Source of the DNA: Diplonema japonicum
Lineage: Eukaryota > Protista > Euglenozoa: Diplonemea
Direction of reading: 5' to 3'
Length of the DNA stretch: 64,000 nucleotides
NCBI GenBank assembly: GCA_964019335.1
Contig: OZ025697.1
Coordinates: 310,001-374,000 of the forward strand
Numbering within the stretch: position 1 is the first letter of the stretch; each line of letters opens with the position of its first letter. Positions 49,889 through 60,322 of the stretch are shown one piece after another. A program made the position numbers and the translations under genes. Below the pieces are notes generated by a model that did no database searches, was not told the DNA's origin, and saw nothing but the letters and a program-made list of their open reading frames with translations.

Positions 49889-50135
49889 GTTTTTATATTT
49901 TCTTGTTCTTCCCCCCCTCCCGCGGTGTCCATGCTTTTTTTTTTTTTTTTTTTTCTTTCTTGAAAAAAAAAGGGAAGAACAACAAAAAAGGAAAAAGTTA
50001 CGAGGGGGGGGGGGGGGGGGAATCAACATTTTTTTTGGGGAGAGGGTAGAAAGTTTCATTGACAGGGGATAAAGGGGGGGGGAAGAAAAAAAAGAGGTAC
50101 AAAGGTACACAACAACAACAAAAAAACCTTCCCCC

Positions 50136-52943
50136 TCATAACCGCTTGACTCTAAAGGGTTTTGTGTGAGAATGCAGCCTGATTAGCACCTGGTTCCCCT
50201 CCATATTGTTCAGAAAGAGTTTTTGCGCCGTTTCCTCTACCCCTATCGAGGTGAGGATGGAGGACACAAGCTCGGGGAAGGCGTTCGGGCCGATTTTAGT
50301 TTGGAGTTTAGTGAAGGTGCTTCCCGCGAGCGAAAGCATGTCGATGGGCTTGAATATGGCCAATTTAAGGAGAATGGACACGAGAGAAGGGTGGATCGCA
50401 GAAAATACATCTGCAGGCGACTCCACAAGGTATTCGATGATATTGATGAGGCAGCGTATCGAGTTCATAGCACGGAGGTCACTGTGCACAATTTCTTCAC
50501 AGATTTTAACGTAGTTCTGGACCAAGCTGGTTTTTAAAATTTCAGGTCGGAGAAGCGATCGTTGTACCAAACCGTTCTTGACGTTGTTGACAAGTATGGT
50601 GTACTTCATAAGGTTCAGGAACGGGAAGACCATGTCAAGCTGAGAGAAAGGAGGGGTCTGCCCACGCAACGCTGTCCCGTACGCCTCGAAGTACGTCGAT
50701 GTGACCTCAACAAGCTTCGGCACCACCTCTTTGTCACACGCGAAGAGCAGCATCACATCAGTCAACACCCCCATGACATTGGGGTGCTTCTTCACAGAAG
50801 ACCACTCCCCCAACGTTGCCATAATTTCTGGTATCGATTCCCTGGTGTGATTACCTGTAACACTCAGCATGCTCCTTAGTGCGTTGTACACCTCCGCCAT
50901 GAATGCATCATTGAAATTTGTTTTCACTGCCAGATGCTTCAATTCTCCCCATAGATGGCTTTGTATACCGCACCATGCTGCGACTACAGGGTGCGATGCG
51001 ACCCCGCAATGGTGAACTGCTTGTAGAGACGCGTTCTTCAGCTGTTGAGCCACCGCTGCTACACAGCAAGTTGCTTTGAGTGTCAGTCCTTGCTCCGCGT
51101 ATTGTCTTGCGGCCGTGATGACCAGTTTGTAGGTGTATTCGATGTACTCCTTTGTCTCTGATGGGATGCCATGGACGACCTCTGCCACTGCGTAGCTTAT
51201 GTGCACGCAGGACTCCAGCGGGAGGTCGTTCCTTGCGGTGATGTGTTCCAGCATCGTCACTGTTTCCTTCGGGAAGTTCGTACCAAGCTTCCTGCTGCCC
51301 ACCATGCACAACCGCCGGAAATCAGACGTGGCTTCTCTCTGTAGTTTTGGGTTGCCTTGCATTTCGTGCAGACCGCTCATCACGAATCTGAGGGCCTGTC
51401 CGATCTCGTCGGTTGTCCCCGACTGTCGCAGCCATGTGCAGAACCCCGAGGTAGTGAGGATGGAACTTATTGCTTTGACCAATTTGAAATGCGGTTTGAC
51501 GACCCCCATCAGACCGATCACAGCGCTTCCTCGCGACCCCATACTCGCCATCACTGTGCTTGCTTGCCCCAAACAGGTCACCGTCACAGGTATCGCAGAC
51601 AGCATGAACAAAGCTGCCTCTTGTTCCCTCCACGAACGCCCCATAGCCCCCTGCACCAAACCCCACGCGGATTCCAAGGCCGCGGGGAGGTTCGTTCTGG
51701 AAGCGTTCTTCACCGTATCGTGGTAGTGCTGGATCCTCAGCACGTCGAGGGTTTGCTCGTCAGAAGAACCCCAGTAGCCTTGTGCATCGGCTTCAACGGG
51801 GTACTCGCACGCCTTGCAAGCCACCCTGATCAAATGAGAGATGTGCATGTCGAGGTCCGGAACGCTCTTCAACGATCTATCTATTGAGACACCGACGGTG
51901 CCCCACACTTGGATCGCGGCCAGGGAGAGAGATCGTTCGTCGGACCCGACCAGCTGCGCGAGGAGGTTGAAGACAGTCTGCGAGTTGGGTGAGCTGATGG
52001 TGGCGAGGAGCTGAAGGACGTTGGCTTCGGCGACGGCACATATAGCCCTCGCGACTTGGTGGCCGACCTCAGTGGCCTGAACCGCATGCTCGACGGACTG
52101 CTGGTGAACGACGGTGGAGAGAAGCGTTTGGGCAAGTGTGGTTTGTTGCATCCCGCAGGACTCCGCTAATGCGCAGATCACATCGCAGGATGACGCACTG
52201 AACTCAGGCCGGACAATACCCTCCGAAGCAGCGTTGAGGAGTATCGTGACACTGTTGGCGGTGGTGAAGGGAACCCATGCCGCGTAGCACTTAAGCACTT
52301 TGTTTCGGTTTTCCGGTATCAGATGCGTCTCGGAGAATTTCACAAGATTGTTGATGACAAACTCTGAACAAGCCCGTACCGACGCGATGTACTCGTGTGA
52401 GTCCCCTCCTGCGTCCTCTTCGTCCACAGGCGTCACGAAACCTTGCTTCACCGTCGCTTCGGTGACCTTGTTTCTCGTTCGTTCCATTTTAATGTCGCAC
52501 CGCAGCAGGTCGGCTTCCTCCGCCATGTACGTCAGCGTGTCAAGAGTATAGCAAGTCGAATCCGATCCGAGGAGCCCTGCGATAACGGGAATGGAGTCCG
52601 TATGGATGGGTGCGATGATGGCGATTGTTAGACAGATTTGAGTCGAGACCGAAGCAGGAAGCTGTTTCAAATATGGGAGAAGCGACAGCAACCGTCTGAG
52701 GAAGTCAGCCTGCACGGGTGGCGAAAGGGTATGCAGGTCCTTCCTCGCCTTCGTTTTAATTGCATTCGCTGCAAAGAACACGACGACCTCTTCACCATCA
52801 GGCACAATCATATCGAAAAGGCTCCATCCACTGTCGCTTTTAATCAAAGCTTGAAGCCACTCATCTGCTTTCCTGCACCCTGAGTTCCCGGGGTCGTGCA
52901 CGACAAGGAGGGCTTCTCGAACCCCTTCAGCCAACCCTGACAT
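50136..52943 (-). CDS. Importin-beta family karyopherin (transportin-3/importin-13-like), 935 aa
   Basis: N-terminal ADEWL...SDSGW...FFAANAIKTK..DL..L, TQICLTIA and WREQEAALFML. Length and helical composition are typical of HEAT-repeat karyopherins. Confidence 0.82.
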   Translation of the reverse strand: MSGLAEGVREALLVVHDPGNSGCRKADEWLQALIKSDSGWSLFDMIVPDGEEVVVFFAANAIKTKARKDLHTLSPPVQADFLRRLLSLLPYLKQLPASVSTQICLTIAIIAPIHTDSIPVIAGLLGSDSTCYTLDTLTYMAEEADLLRCDIKMERTRNKVTEATVKQGFVTPVDEEDAGGDSHEYIASVRACSEFVINNLVKFSETHLIPENRNKVLKCYAAWVPFTTANSVTILLNAASEGIVRPEFSASSCDVICALAESCGMQQTTLAQTLLSTVVHQQSVEHAVQATEVGHQVARAICAVAEANVLQLLATISSPNSQTVFNLLAQLVGSDERSLSLAAIQVWGTVGVSIDRSLKSVPDLDMHISHLIRVACKACEYPVEADAQGYWGSSDEQTLDVLRIQHYHDTVKNASRTNLPAALESAWGLVQGAMGRSWREQEAALFMLSAIPVTVTCLGQASTVMASMGSRGSAVIGLMGVVKPHFKLVKAISSILTTSGFCTWLRQSGTTDEIGQALRFVMSGLHEMQGNPKLQREATSDFRRLCMVGSRKLGTNFPKETVTMLEHITARNDLPLESCVHISYAVAEVVHGIPSETKEYIEYTYKLVITAARQYAEQGLTLKATCCVAAVAQQLKNASLQAVHHCGVASHPVVAAWCGIQSHLWGELKHLAVKTNFNDAFMAEVYNALRSMLSVTGNHTRESIPEIMATLGEWSSVKKHPNVMGVLTDVMLLFACDKEVVPKLVEVTSTYFEAYGTALRGQTPPFSQLDMVFPFLNLMKYTILVNNVKNGLVQRSLLRPEILKTSLVQNYVKICEEIVHSDLRAMNSIRCLINIIEYLVESPADVFSAIHPSLVSILLKLAIFKPIDMLSLAGSTFTKLQTKIGPNAFPELVSSILTSIGVEETAQKLFLNNMEGNQVLIRLHSHTKPFRVKRL

Positions 52944-53025
52944 TTTTTTTTTTTTTTTTTTTTTTTTCTCCTGAAGAATGTCGAAGGAAAGGGGAGGGAA
53001 AGAGAGAGAGAGAAAAAAAGACTTT

Positions 53026-53238
53026 CTAATCCATGTGCGTTTTCAGACTGAGGGAAGTTGGCATCAAGGAGAATCCCCTGAACAACCCTTCCGCAACAGA
53101 GGACTTGTTTTCTAATTTTTCATGGCTTGGTAGGTTATATTTCTTAGGGTTCTTCTTTCGAAGGCATCTCTCGTAGCACGCCGACGTGTCCTTCACCTCA
53201 TCCTTGTCGCATGACGACAGGCACTTCACCAACGACAT
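53026..53238 (-). CDS. Small 70-aa protein with a twin CX3C motif
   Basis: MSLVKCLSSC-x10-CYERCLRKK. It forms an island of complex sequence between homopolymer spacers and is on the cluster strand. Confidence 0.5.
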   Translation of the reverse strand: MSLVKCLSSCDKDEVKDTSACYERCLRKKNPKKYNLPSHEKLENKSSVAEGLFRGFSLMPTSLSLKTHMD

Positions 53239-53526
53239 CGAAAGGTGGCTATTAGTTTTCGTAAGGTAGTCCCCTCCCCGGTTTTTAATGTGTAAATAAT
53301 TAGCTGAAGAGAACAAACTATCTTTTTTTTTTTTCGGCTATGAGAAAAAAAAAATAAATAAAACGAGAAAACTGTTTTTTTTTTTTTTTTTTTTTTAAAG
53401 GGGGAGAGTGAAAAATAAAACGAGGAAACTATTTCTTTTTTTTTTTCTTTATGTTTCTTGGAAAGGAGAATAGGCTACTACTAAACTTAAAAAAAAAAGA
53501 GAAAGGAAAAAAAAAATCTCTTTTTT

Positions 53527-54507
53527 TCAAAGTATGGAACAGAAAGACCCAGTTTTCTTAACCCACCTTGACCGGGTATTCTGGGGTTGAAACTCGGGTC
53601 GTGGGGCCTTAGGCACGGAGTCGCTGCTTGGTTCCTTTCCGAATGTGTGGTTTGTAGTTGAGTTGGCTGACCGAATAGCATCGAAGGCTCGGATACAGTT
53701 CCCGTAGATAGTTTCATTCACAGCAACAAGGTCAAGGGATCGGAACGAACCCCCAAGGGAGAACCACAAGGTGAAACAGAGGGATGTGGGGTGAACAGCG
53801 TGAGAGGTGTTCATGGAAACACCATTGACGAACCCATGGGATTTAAAATAAGGCCGGAAGGTTGGGTTCCCCGCTCCTCGTTGAACACCAAGAAGCGCTG
53901 TGAGCGGGAACCGTTCCTTTACCTCTTCTGCGTCAGGGCTGGCCATTTTAACGAGACAATGTTCCCGACCGAAGGCCCCCATGGCTCCATTGTGGTTAGG
54001 ATAGGATGCAATTTTGAACCATCTTTCTTTCGGACCGTCTTTCTCATACGATGTTAAATACACCCCACGATGCATTATTTGGACTGCGTCAAGAGCATCT
54101 TGTTGCAGGTATGAAGGCGAGGTGTTTGCTTCAATTGCCCGTCCGTTTGATGACAGAATATCAAGAATGACAGGACCGCCAGGATGCCTGCTTGGGTCCA
54201 CCTGCGGTTGCTGTGGTGCAGGGTTCCGGTTCAACAACGGTTCCCTCAGACAACTCTTGTAACCCGGAACCGTTCCCGTGCCCTCTCTCAGCCCGTCGAA
54301 TGTGTACCGTTGCTCTGCTTGCAACAATGGTGCTTCCACACAGATTTCCTCCTTTGGTATCGTAGGTGACGGGCTCCTTGCGAAGGCTTCCGGGGGTGTC
54401 TGCGACCGCTCGTTGTTGTATATCACATCCCTTTGAGGCTGTGCAGAGACAGTCTCGTCTGCGAACACCGGTGCGTCCGACGCATACACCGAGTGCTTTG
54501 TCGTCAT
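53527..54507 (-). CDS. PH-like domain protein with a C-terminal CaaX motif (~326 aa)
   Basis: RGVYLTSY...PKERWFKI...FPLTALLGVQRG..NPTF...LCFTL....RSLDLVA (PLC/Num1-type PH pattern). Ends in CSIL*. Confidence 0.72.
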   Translation of the reverse strand: MTTKHSVYASDAPVFADETVSAQPQRDVIYNNERSQTPPEAFARSPSPTIPKEEICVEAPLLQAEQRYTFDGLREGTGTVPGYKSCLREPLLNRNPAPQQPQVDPSRHPGGPVILDILSSNGRAIEANTSPSYLQQDALDAVQIMHRGVYLTSYEKDGPKERWFKIASYPNHNGAMGAFGREHCLVKMASPDAEEVKERFPLTALLGVQRGAGNPTFRPYFKSHGFVNGVSMNTSHAVHPTSLCFTLWFSLGGSFRSLDLVAVNETIYGNCIRAFDAIRSANSTTNHTFGKEPSSDSVPKAPRPEFQPQNTRSRWVKKTGSFCSIL

Positions 54508-54627
54508 GTGGGATCGCGTCTCTCTTTTAATACAATATTTTTTTTCTCGCCCCCCCACGTTAAAAACAACATTGTGAAGGAAAACTACAAGAGTGATGGA
54601 GGGCTAGTGGTGAGAAGAACATTTTGG

Positions 54628-54660
<33 letters not shown>

Positions 54661-54697
54661 GGGAGGATGGGAGGGGGGGGGGAACGTGTCTCACCTC

Positions 54698-56204
54698 TCA
54701 ATCCTCTTGTTTCAATCCTGAAAACGTATTTTTCGTAACGTGATAATCGGATAGTTTTTGTTTTTGCAGCTTCCCGCCGGTTGGGCCGGTGGTTTTGCTG
54801 TTCCATTCGTTCAGCGACATCACCTTGCTGGACCCCCCTGGGCCTGTTACCTCCTCCACATCTTCATCCTCTTCGTCGGAGTACTCATCGAGCTTGCTGT
54901 CCTCCGCTGCATCGATCTTCGCATAGTTCTCATAGAATGTCCACTCGTAGTTGTACTTCCCTTTAAAGGCTTCCTGCTGTAGGTTACTGAGGGCGGTCTC
55001 CACTGTGTTTTGTTTTATTGGATTACCCCGTTTTTCTGAACATACAAGCTTTCTGCGTGAAGAAGACCGCAATGACCGCTCGGACAGGCCCGTCGCCTGA
55101 ATGCCGCCTTTTTCTGCGCAAGATCAGCCATTTCCCAGCAGCGTTTGCAAACATCGTGTTGAACACAGCACAGCCGACGCTGACAGGAATGTTGGGGAAG
55201 ACAATGGCGCTCGAAGGGGTCGAGGACAGCTTGTTCTGCGCTGTAGTGTCAGGGTCAGGGGCTGTGCGGGACCATGCGCTGAGGAGTTGAGGTGGCGCGT
55301 GCGTTGACGAGGTGCGTTTAATGTAGCAGGACCTGTTCGGCTCCTTGTCGAGGGACACCACGCTTATGTTGTAGTAAAGGCCAAGCTCGTGAATCAGCTC
55401 CCGTTTCTCCCTGTTCATAGGGGGTAGCATCTTGTAAGAAGTGGAGTTGGTCACCAGCCCATTGAACACTCTTTCAACGTATTGTACATGGGACAAATTC
55501 TTCTTGGCTTGAACCCATAAGTGCTTGCTGTACCAAAAGTACGCAACTGGAGGAGGGAGCTGTTTCTTCTGGCTGGAACGAACCGTGCTCGGAGGTGCTT
55601 TCCAAGCGGCAGCGACGATTTGTCTGGGGGGCGCGACCCGTTGCGGTGTGGGAACTACTGGTTGCTGGTGTTGGTATTCCTGCCTGACAGGCTGCTTGTG
55701 CACCACCTTCAGGTCGTGGCTCACACCACTGTTTCCCGTATTTTTCTTCGCCCCACCCAACACGGGGAATTCATCCAAGTCGTCTAGCTTCACACGCTCT
55801 TCCTCTACATAGTGCGTGTGGTTGTTTTGGTACCCTTTGTATCCCTTGCCTCCTGCTCCTTTACCCATCCCTTTGCCAACTACTGGGCAAGGAGGCGGAG
55901 GCGGTGGTGGTGGTGGAGGCTCCTGTGGAGGATGCGGTGCCTCATATCCCATGCCCATTGCTTGCATGTTCTGTCCTCCCATCCCGTATTGCTGAGGATA
56001 TCCCATGTACCCCACACCAGGTTGGTACCCACGTCCACCGTACCCACCATATCCAGAAGGGACCCCTGGCTGTCCTCCCATGCCCATTGTTTGCATGTTC
56101 TGTCCTCCCATCCCCATGCCCGTTTGTTGCATGTTCCAGTTCACCGAGTTCATCGCCATGAACTGCTGAAACTGCTGAAGCTGCAAGAACTGGTCTTGGT
56201 CCAT
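54698..56204 (-). CDS. R3H-domain RNA-binding protein with a Q/G/M/Y-rich low-complexity N-terminus (~487 aa, 2 exons)
   Basis: LPPMNREKRELIHELGLYYNISVVSLDKEPNRS is an NF-X1-type R3H motif. Intron 55045->55003 (43 nt) joins the acidic C-terminal exon. Confidence 0.85.
55948..56114. repeat. 38-bp direct repeat (2 copies) inside the R3H gene
   Basis: cccatgcccattg(c/t)ttgcatgttctgtcctcccatccc at 55948-55985 and 56077-56114. Encodes GMGGQNMQ(T/A)MGMG. Confidence 0.9.
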
Positions 56205-56407
56205 TTTACCTCCCTCTACCTTCTCCCCCTCTCCTTTGTGTTTTGTTACCACCTTTTTTTTTTTTTTTTGTTTCCCCCCACCCGTTTCCCAGTAGGAAAT
56301 ATATGGGATAAAAAAAGGTAATGGAGCAGGTCGGGGGGGAGGGGACAAAAGACAAAATCCAAGGGGGGGGAAGAGAGTTTCCCCCCCCTTTTCTTTCCTT
56401 TCTTTCT

Positions 56408-57499
56408 TCAGAGCAGTTCTATCGGGTCACGAGAAAGCTGCCGGGACAACACAGGTACAGGAAGGTTGAGCAGCGGCTGTGTTTGGGAGAGGGACGGAGG
56501 GGGTTCAAATACAGGGTTTAAAAACGGGTGGGAAACGAGATGACCCGCGAGAGAGCGTCGCGAAGGGTCGATGGCGAAGCAAGCCTCGAGGAAAGAAAGA
56601 CAATGGGTCGGGGGGTTGTGCGGGAGCTTGGGAGGAAGAGGCTCAGTCCAGTTCCCGATGGTGAACATGGCTTGAAAATTGTTATCGAACGTTCCCCACG
56701 GAGGGCGGGTGGTGAGCATTTCGACAAGGCAGCAACCAACCGACCAAACATCACTGGGCTTGGAAGGATCTCCTTTAACAGCTTCAGGCGCCATCCATGG
56801 GGGTGTACCTATGAGCACATTACATCCATGCGTTTCAACCTCTTTCAAGTCACCATAATCGCTCAGCTTGGCAACACCATCTGAGGTTAGCAGGACGTTG
56901 GCGCATTTCAAATCCCGGTGTAACACGTTTTTCCCATGCAAGAAGGTCAGGCCTTCCAAAATGTCAATTGTATACTTCCGAGCATGTTCGAGGGGGAGCG
57001 GCTCAGATTTTAAAAAATCCGACAGCGGCCCAGCATGGGACAGCTCCATGGTGATGTGTAGTGTGTTGCAAGTGATGTTATTCTGACGTGATGCCACGTG
57101 GGTACACCCGTGGATTGAAATGACGTTTTCATGTCGCAGTTTTGTCATCTCACGGACCTTCTCGACCAGTGCGGAGATCTGTTGCTCAGACATGTTTTTT
57201 TTGAGTTTGACGGCTTTCTCTGCGCAGAGTGTTCCGTTTTTCTTTTTCTTCTGGAACACCTGGCCTGACGACCCGCCGCCGATCAGGACCCCGTCCTCGC
57301 TTTGCGCCTTCTCGAGCTCTTTTAGCGCAGCTTTTTGCTTGTCCATTTTTCTTTTTTTAACCCACAGAAGCAGCCCGACGAGGATTAATATTTGTGACGC
57401 GCCTATAGCCAATATTGCTGCGCCAATGGCGTCTGTCAGTTCGTAACCGGCTGACCCGTCCTCACCTGGAGTGGCCTTCTCTGGTACAGGATCCGCCAT
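56408..57499 (-). CDS. Single-pass membrane STE11/MAP3K-like protein kinase (~363 aa)
   Basis: Transmembrane segment AIGAAILAIGASQILILVGLLLWV followed by KKRK. Kinase motifs GGGSSG, AEK, HRDLKCANVLL, DYG, GTPPWMAPE, SDVWSVGC..EMLT.RPPW. Confidence 0.9.
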   Translation of the reverse strand: MADPVPEKATPGEDGSAGYELTDAIGAAILAIGASQILILVGLLLWVKKRKMDKQKAALKELEKAQSEDGVLIGGGSSGQVFQKKKKNGTLCAEKAVKLKKNMSEQQISALVEKVREMTKLRHENVISIHGCTHVASRQNNITCNTLHITMELSHAGPLSDFLKSEPLPLEHARKYTIDILEGLTFLHGKNVLHRDLKCANVLLTSDGVAKLSDYGDLKEVETHGCNVLIGTPPWMAPEAVKGDPSKPSDVWSVGCCLVEMLTTRPPWGTFDNNFQAMFTIGNWTEPLPPKLPHNPPTHCLSFLEACFAIDPSRRSLAGHLVSHPFLNPVFEPPPSLSQTQPLLNLPVPVLSRQLSRDPIELL

Positions 57500-58103
57500 T
57501 TTGTGTAATGTTGCATGCTTTTCTTTTTTTTTTTTTTTTTTTTTGATGGAATCAATTGACGGAAGAAAAAAAAAAATTGTTGGATATGAAACAGAACGGG
57601 AAGGGGGAAACGAGGGAAAAAAAAAAAAGGATGTGATGGGAGAGAGTATTTTTTTTATTATTTTTGGTTCCATTTTTTTTTTTTTTTTTTTTTTTTTCCT
57701 TCAGAAATACACACATTTGATCCCCCTTTTTTCTCTCGCCTCAACAAAAAAAATAAAAATGAAAAAAAAATAGGGGTTTCAAGTATTTTCGGTTAACACT
57801 TTTCAGGAGTCATCCATTTGGGTGTTCTCAGAATGCGAAAAATATGATTCCCCCCTCCCCCCTCCCTCGCTGGCACATTTTGTGTGGTTCTGAGTCTTAT
57901 TCCTCGTTCACCCCACACACCCTTCCGTTCCCTCCCCGCGTTCCGGTCATCCTAAAGGTTTTTTCAAAACGCACTGTTCCGTATTCTTTTTTTCGTTATT
58001 TCACCCCCCCCCCCCCCAAAATAAAAGGAGTCGGCTGATTGTTTGTGCAAGCCGCTTTCACCCCACAGTACTCTCTTTTTATTTATCTTTTTTTTAATTT
58101 TAA

Positions 58104-59347
58104 CCCATACCACTCCAGGGCCTATCTACATAGGGGTCCCTTTTTTGCTCCTTTTCATAATTTGAGGGGGAAAATGGCAGCATTTAACCCCCGTTTGCAG
58201 GTAAAACGGGTTTTTTGGACCAGGAAAATTAAAAAAAAGTTCAAAAATTTATAAAAATACAAAGGGGATGAAGAGTTGAATGGCCGTAGGGTGATCAAAA
58301 ACGACTATGTCAAAATGGGTTGTGCATGGGGGGGTGTAAATTGAGCATCTTGGGACAAAAAAGGCAGCATCAGGACCCCTCAGATGTCTCAGACCGAGAG
58401 AAGTGCCTATTTGCGGGTGGAATATCGGCCTCGAAATCGTCAAGAGGCCTTTTTGGGGTTATGGAAGAGTGGTACGAAAAAAGCACTTATTTGGACAGAG
58501 GTATTGGTTACAGGTGTAGCATTTGTAGATTGTGCGTAAAGGACAGTAGACCCCAAGCCCCCAATTGCCCCGTGAAGGTACGAGTGTCTCGTCAATGCTT
58601 AAATATTTTCCTGGCACTGCTGCTTTTGCCCACTTGCCACCAATTCTGTCCAGAAACCCTCGTATCTTCACAACACATCACCGTTTGACTCTTCTGTGTG
58701 AGTGAAGTGGAGGCTACTTTTGATTTCCCGGTAGCGTCTCCTGGGCATCGTGTTACTGAAAAGGGGGATTTTCATGGGTCCTGTGGACCAATACGACTGC
58801 TGATTCTAGGCACGCCGCAAACCCATCGCAATGCTCAATCCGAGTGAGCGGTGGAATCCTGGGTCGAAATTTTATCAATCTCAGCGTTCTTTTGCTTGTT
58901 TGTCTCTTCTTGGATGACGTCTGTGAGCTTCTTATAAAAAAACCGAAGGAATAACCATTTTGCGTCGTCAGGTTTCTGCGTACCACGGGACAGCTTTTTT
59001 TCTCCCCACTGGTCTATTTTATGGTCTCTATGGGTACCAACTCCCTTACCCTTGAAGGTTGGACCTCGAGCTGTAGCTGTTTTGGCTTTACCTTTGCGTT
59101 TTTTGGGAACAATTTGGGCACAGTATGCACACCCGTTATTTTGCGTTTTTAGCCTATCTACTTGGATTTGGGACCCACTTGGTGGGATAACAAGGTAAAG
59201 TGATGCAGCGCAGCATGAAATGCAGTTGAAAATAACTCCTCACTATAGTCGTTCTTGGAGATCCAGGGGTCGTGGGGACGAAAAAGTACTTAGAGAAAAA
59301 AACAATTTTCAAAACGACAAATATTTGCGCCTTTGGAGTGTAATGGG
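58104..59347 (-). mobile_element. Degenerate, internally deleted piggyBac-like DNA transposon (1,244 bp)
   Basis: TTAA at 58100-58103 and 59348-59351. Inverted ends CCCATACCACTCCA and CCCATTACACTCCA match at 12/14. Frameshifted transposase motifs on the minus strand: YWST, MPRRRYREIKSSLHF, KIRGFLDRI, PGKYLSIDETLVPSRG. Confidence 0.88.
58300..58900 (-). pseudogene. piggyBac (DDE_Tnp_1_7-type) transposase fragment
   Basis: The motifs above are in the correct order but in different frames with stops. The C-terminal part is missing. Confidence 0.8.
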
Positions 59348-60322
59348 TTAAAAAAAACTTTTTGCAATAACAATTCTTTCAAGGTTCGTACACCTGTTCC
59401 AGCAGAAAAAAGAAAAGAAATGCGCGTGCATTTTTCTAGCTGTAAAGAAAAAGTAGATCTGCTAGTGCACAAAAGCATTTTGTGGGGGTTTTTGTTTTTT
59501 CAATTAAGAAGCAGTGGGGAGAGGAGGGGGGGAAAAAAGCGAAGGAAGTCCAAAAGGGGGAAGAGAACCGACCACCGCGACTGGGAAACTTAGCTACTTG
59601 AGTTAAACGTTTGGTCACAACCCCGAAAAAGGTGACAATGAGTAGACTAGTATGTTCTGGTTGGTTTGCCTTACGCTCTGGCCGGTTGCATGTGGGCGGA
59701 AGCCTACTTAGTGGCCCTCACAAAGCAGGCCACTTTACATTACGAACATCGAGTCAAATAAAAGAAAAGGGAAAGGGTCGCGGGGCAGGTTCGGGTTTGA
59801 TTTTCTTCTCCTTTTTTTTTTCTTTCTCTTCTTCCCATGAACAAAGAGCGAAGAAAAAAAAAGAAACGAGAAGAAAAAGAACGAGAAAAAAAGGGCAATT
59901 GGATAGTTAAATCCACAACGGGGAAAGAGTGTGGAGCGGGAAAGAAAAAAAAAAATACTGCACTCATCAGAATAGGGAGAGGAGAGCCTTTTCCAGCTAC
60001 CCCACAACAAAGAAAAAGAAGAAAAAACCTACGACCCTGAATAAAAAGAAAGAAGTATAGAATAGAATTAAGTATGGAAAAAAAGGGGGGAAATAAGGGG
60101 GAAAAAGAAGAAAAAAGCTGTTCCATGTCGAAAAGCTGCTTTTTCTGTTATCTAATTACCCCTCCTCCCCACCACCCCCGCCTCCCTCCCTTTTTTTTCC
60201 ACGCTGTCAAACGAAAAAGAACAAAAAAACCAGAAAACATACAAGGAAAAATAAATTAAAAGAGAGGTTCCCTTCTCAAAGAAAAAAATAAACGGGGAAA
60301 AGGCCGTACATTGCCAACGTCA

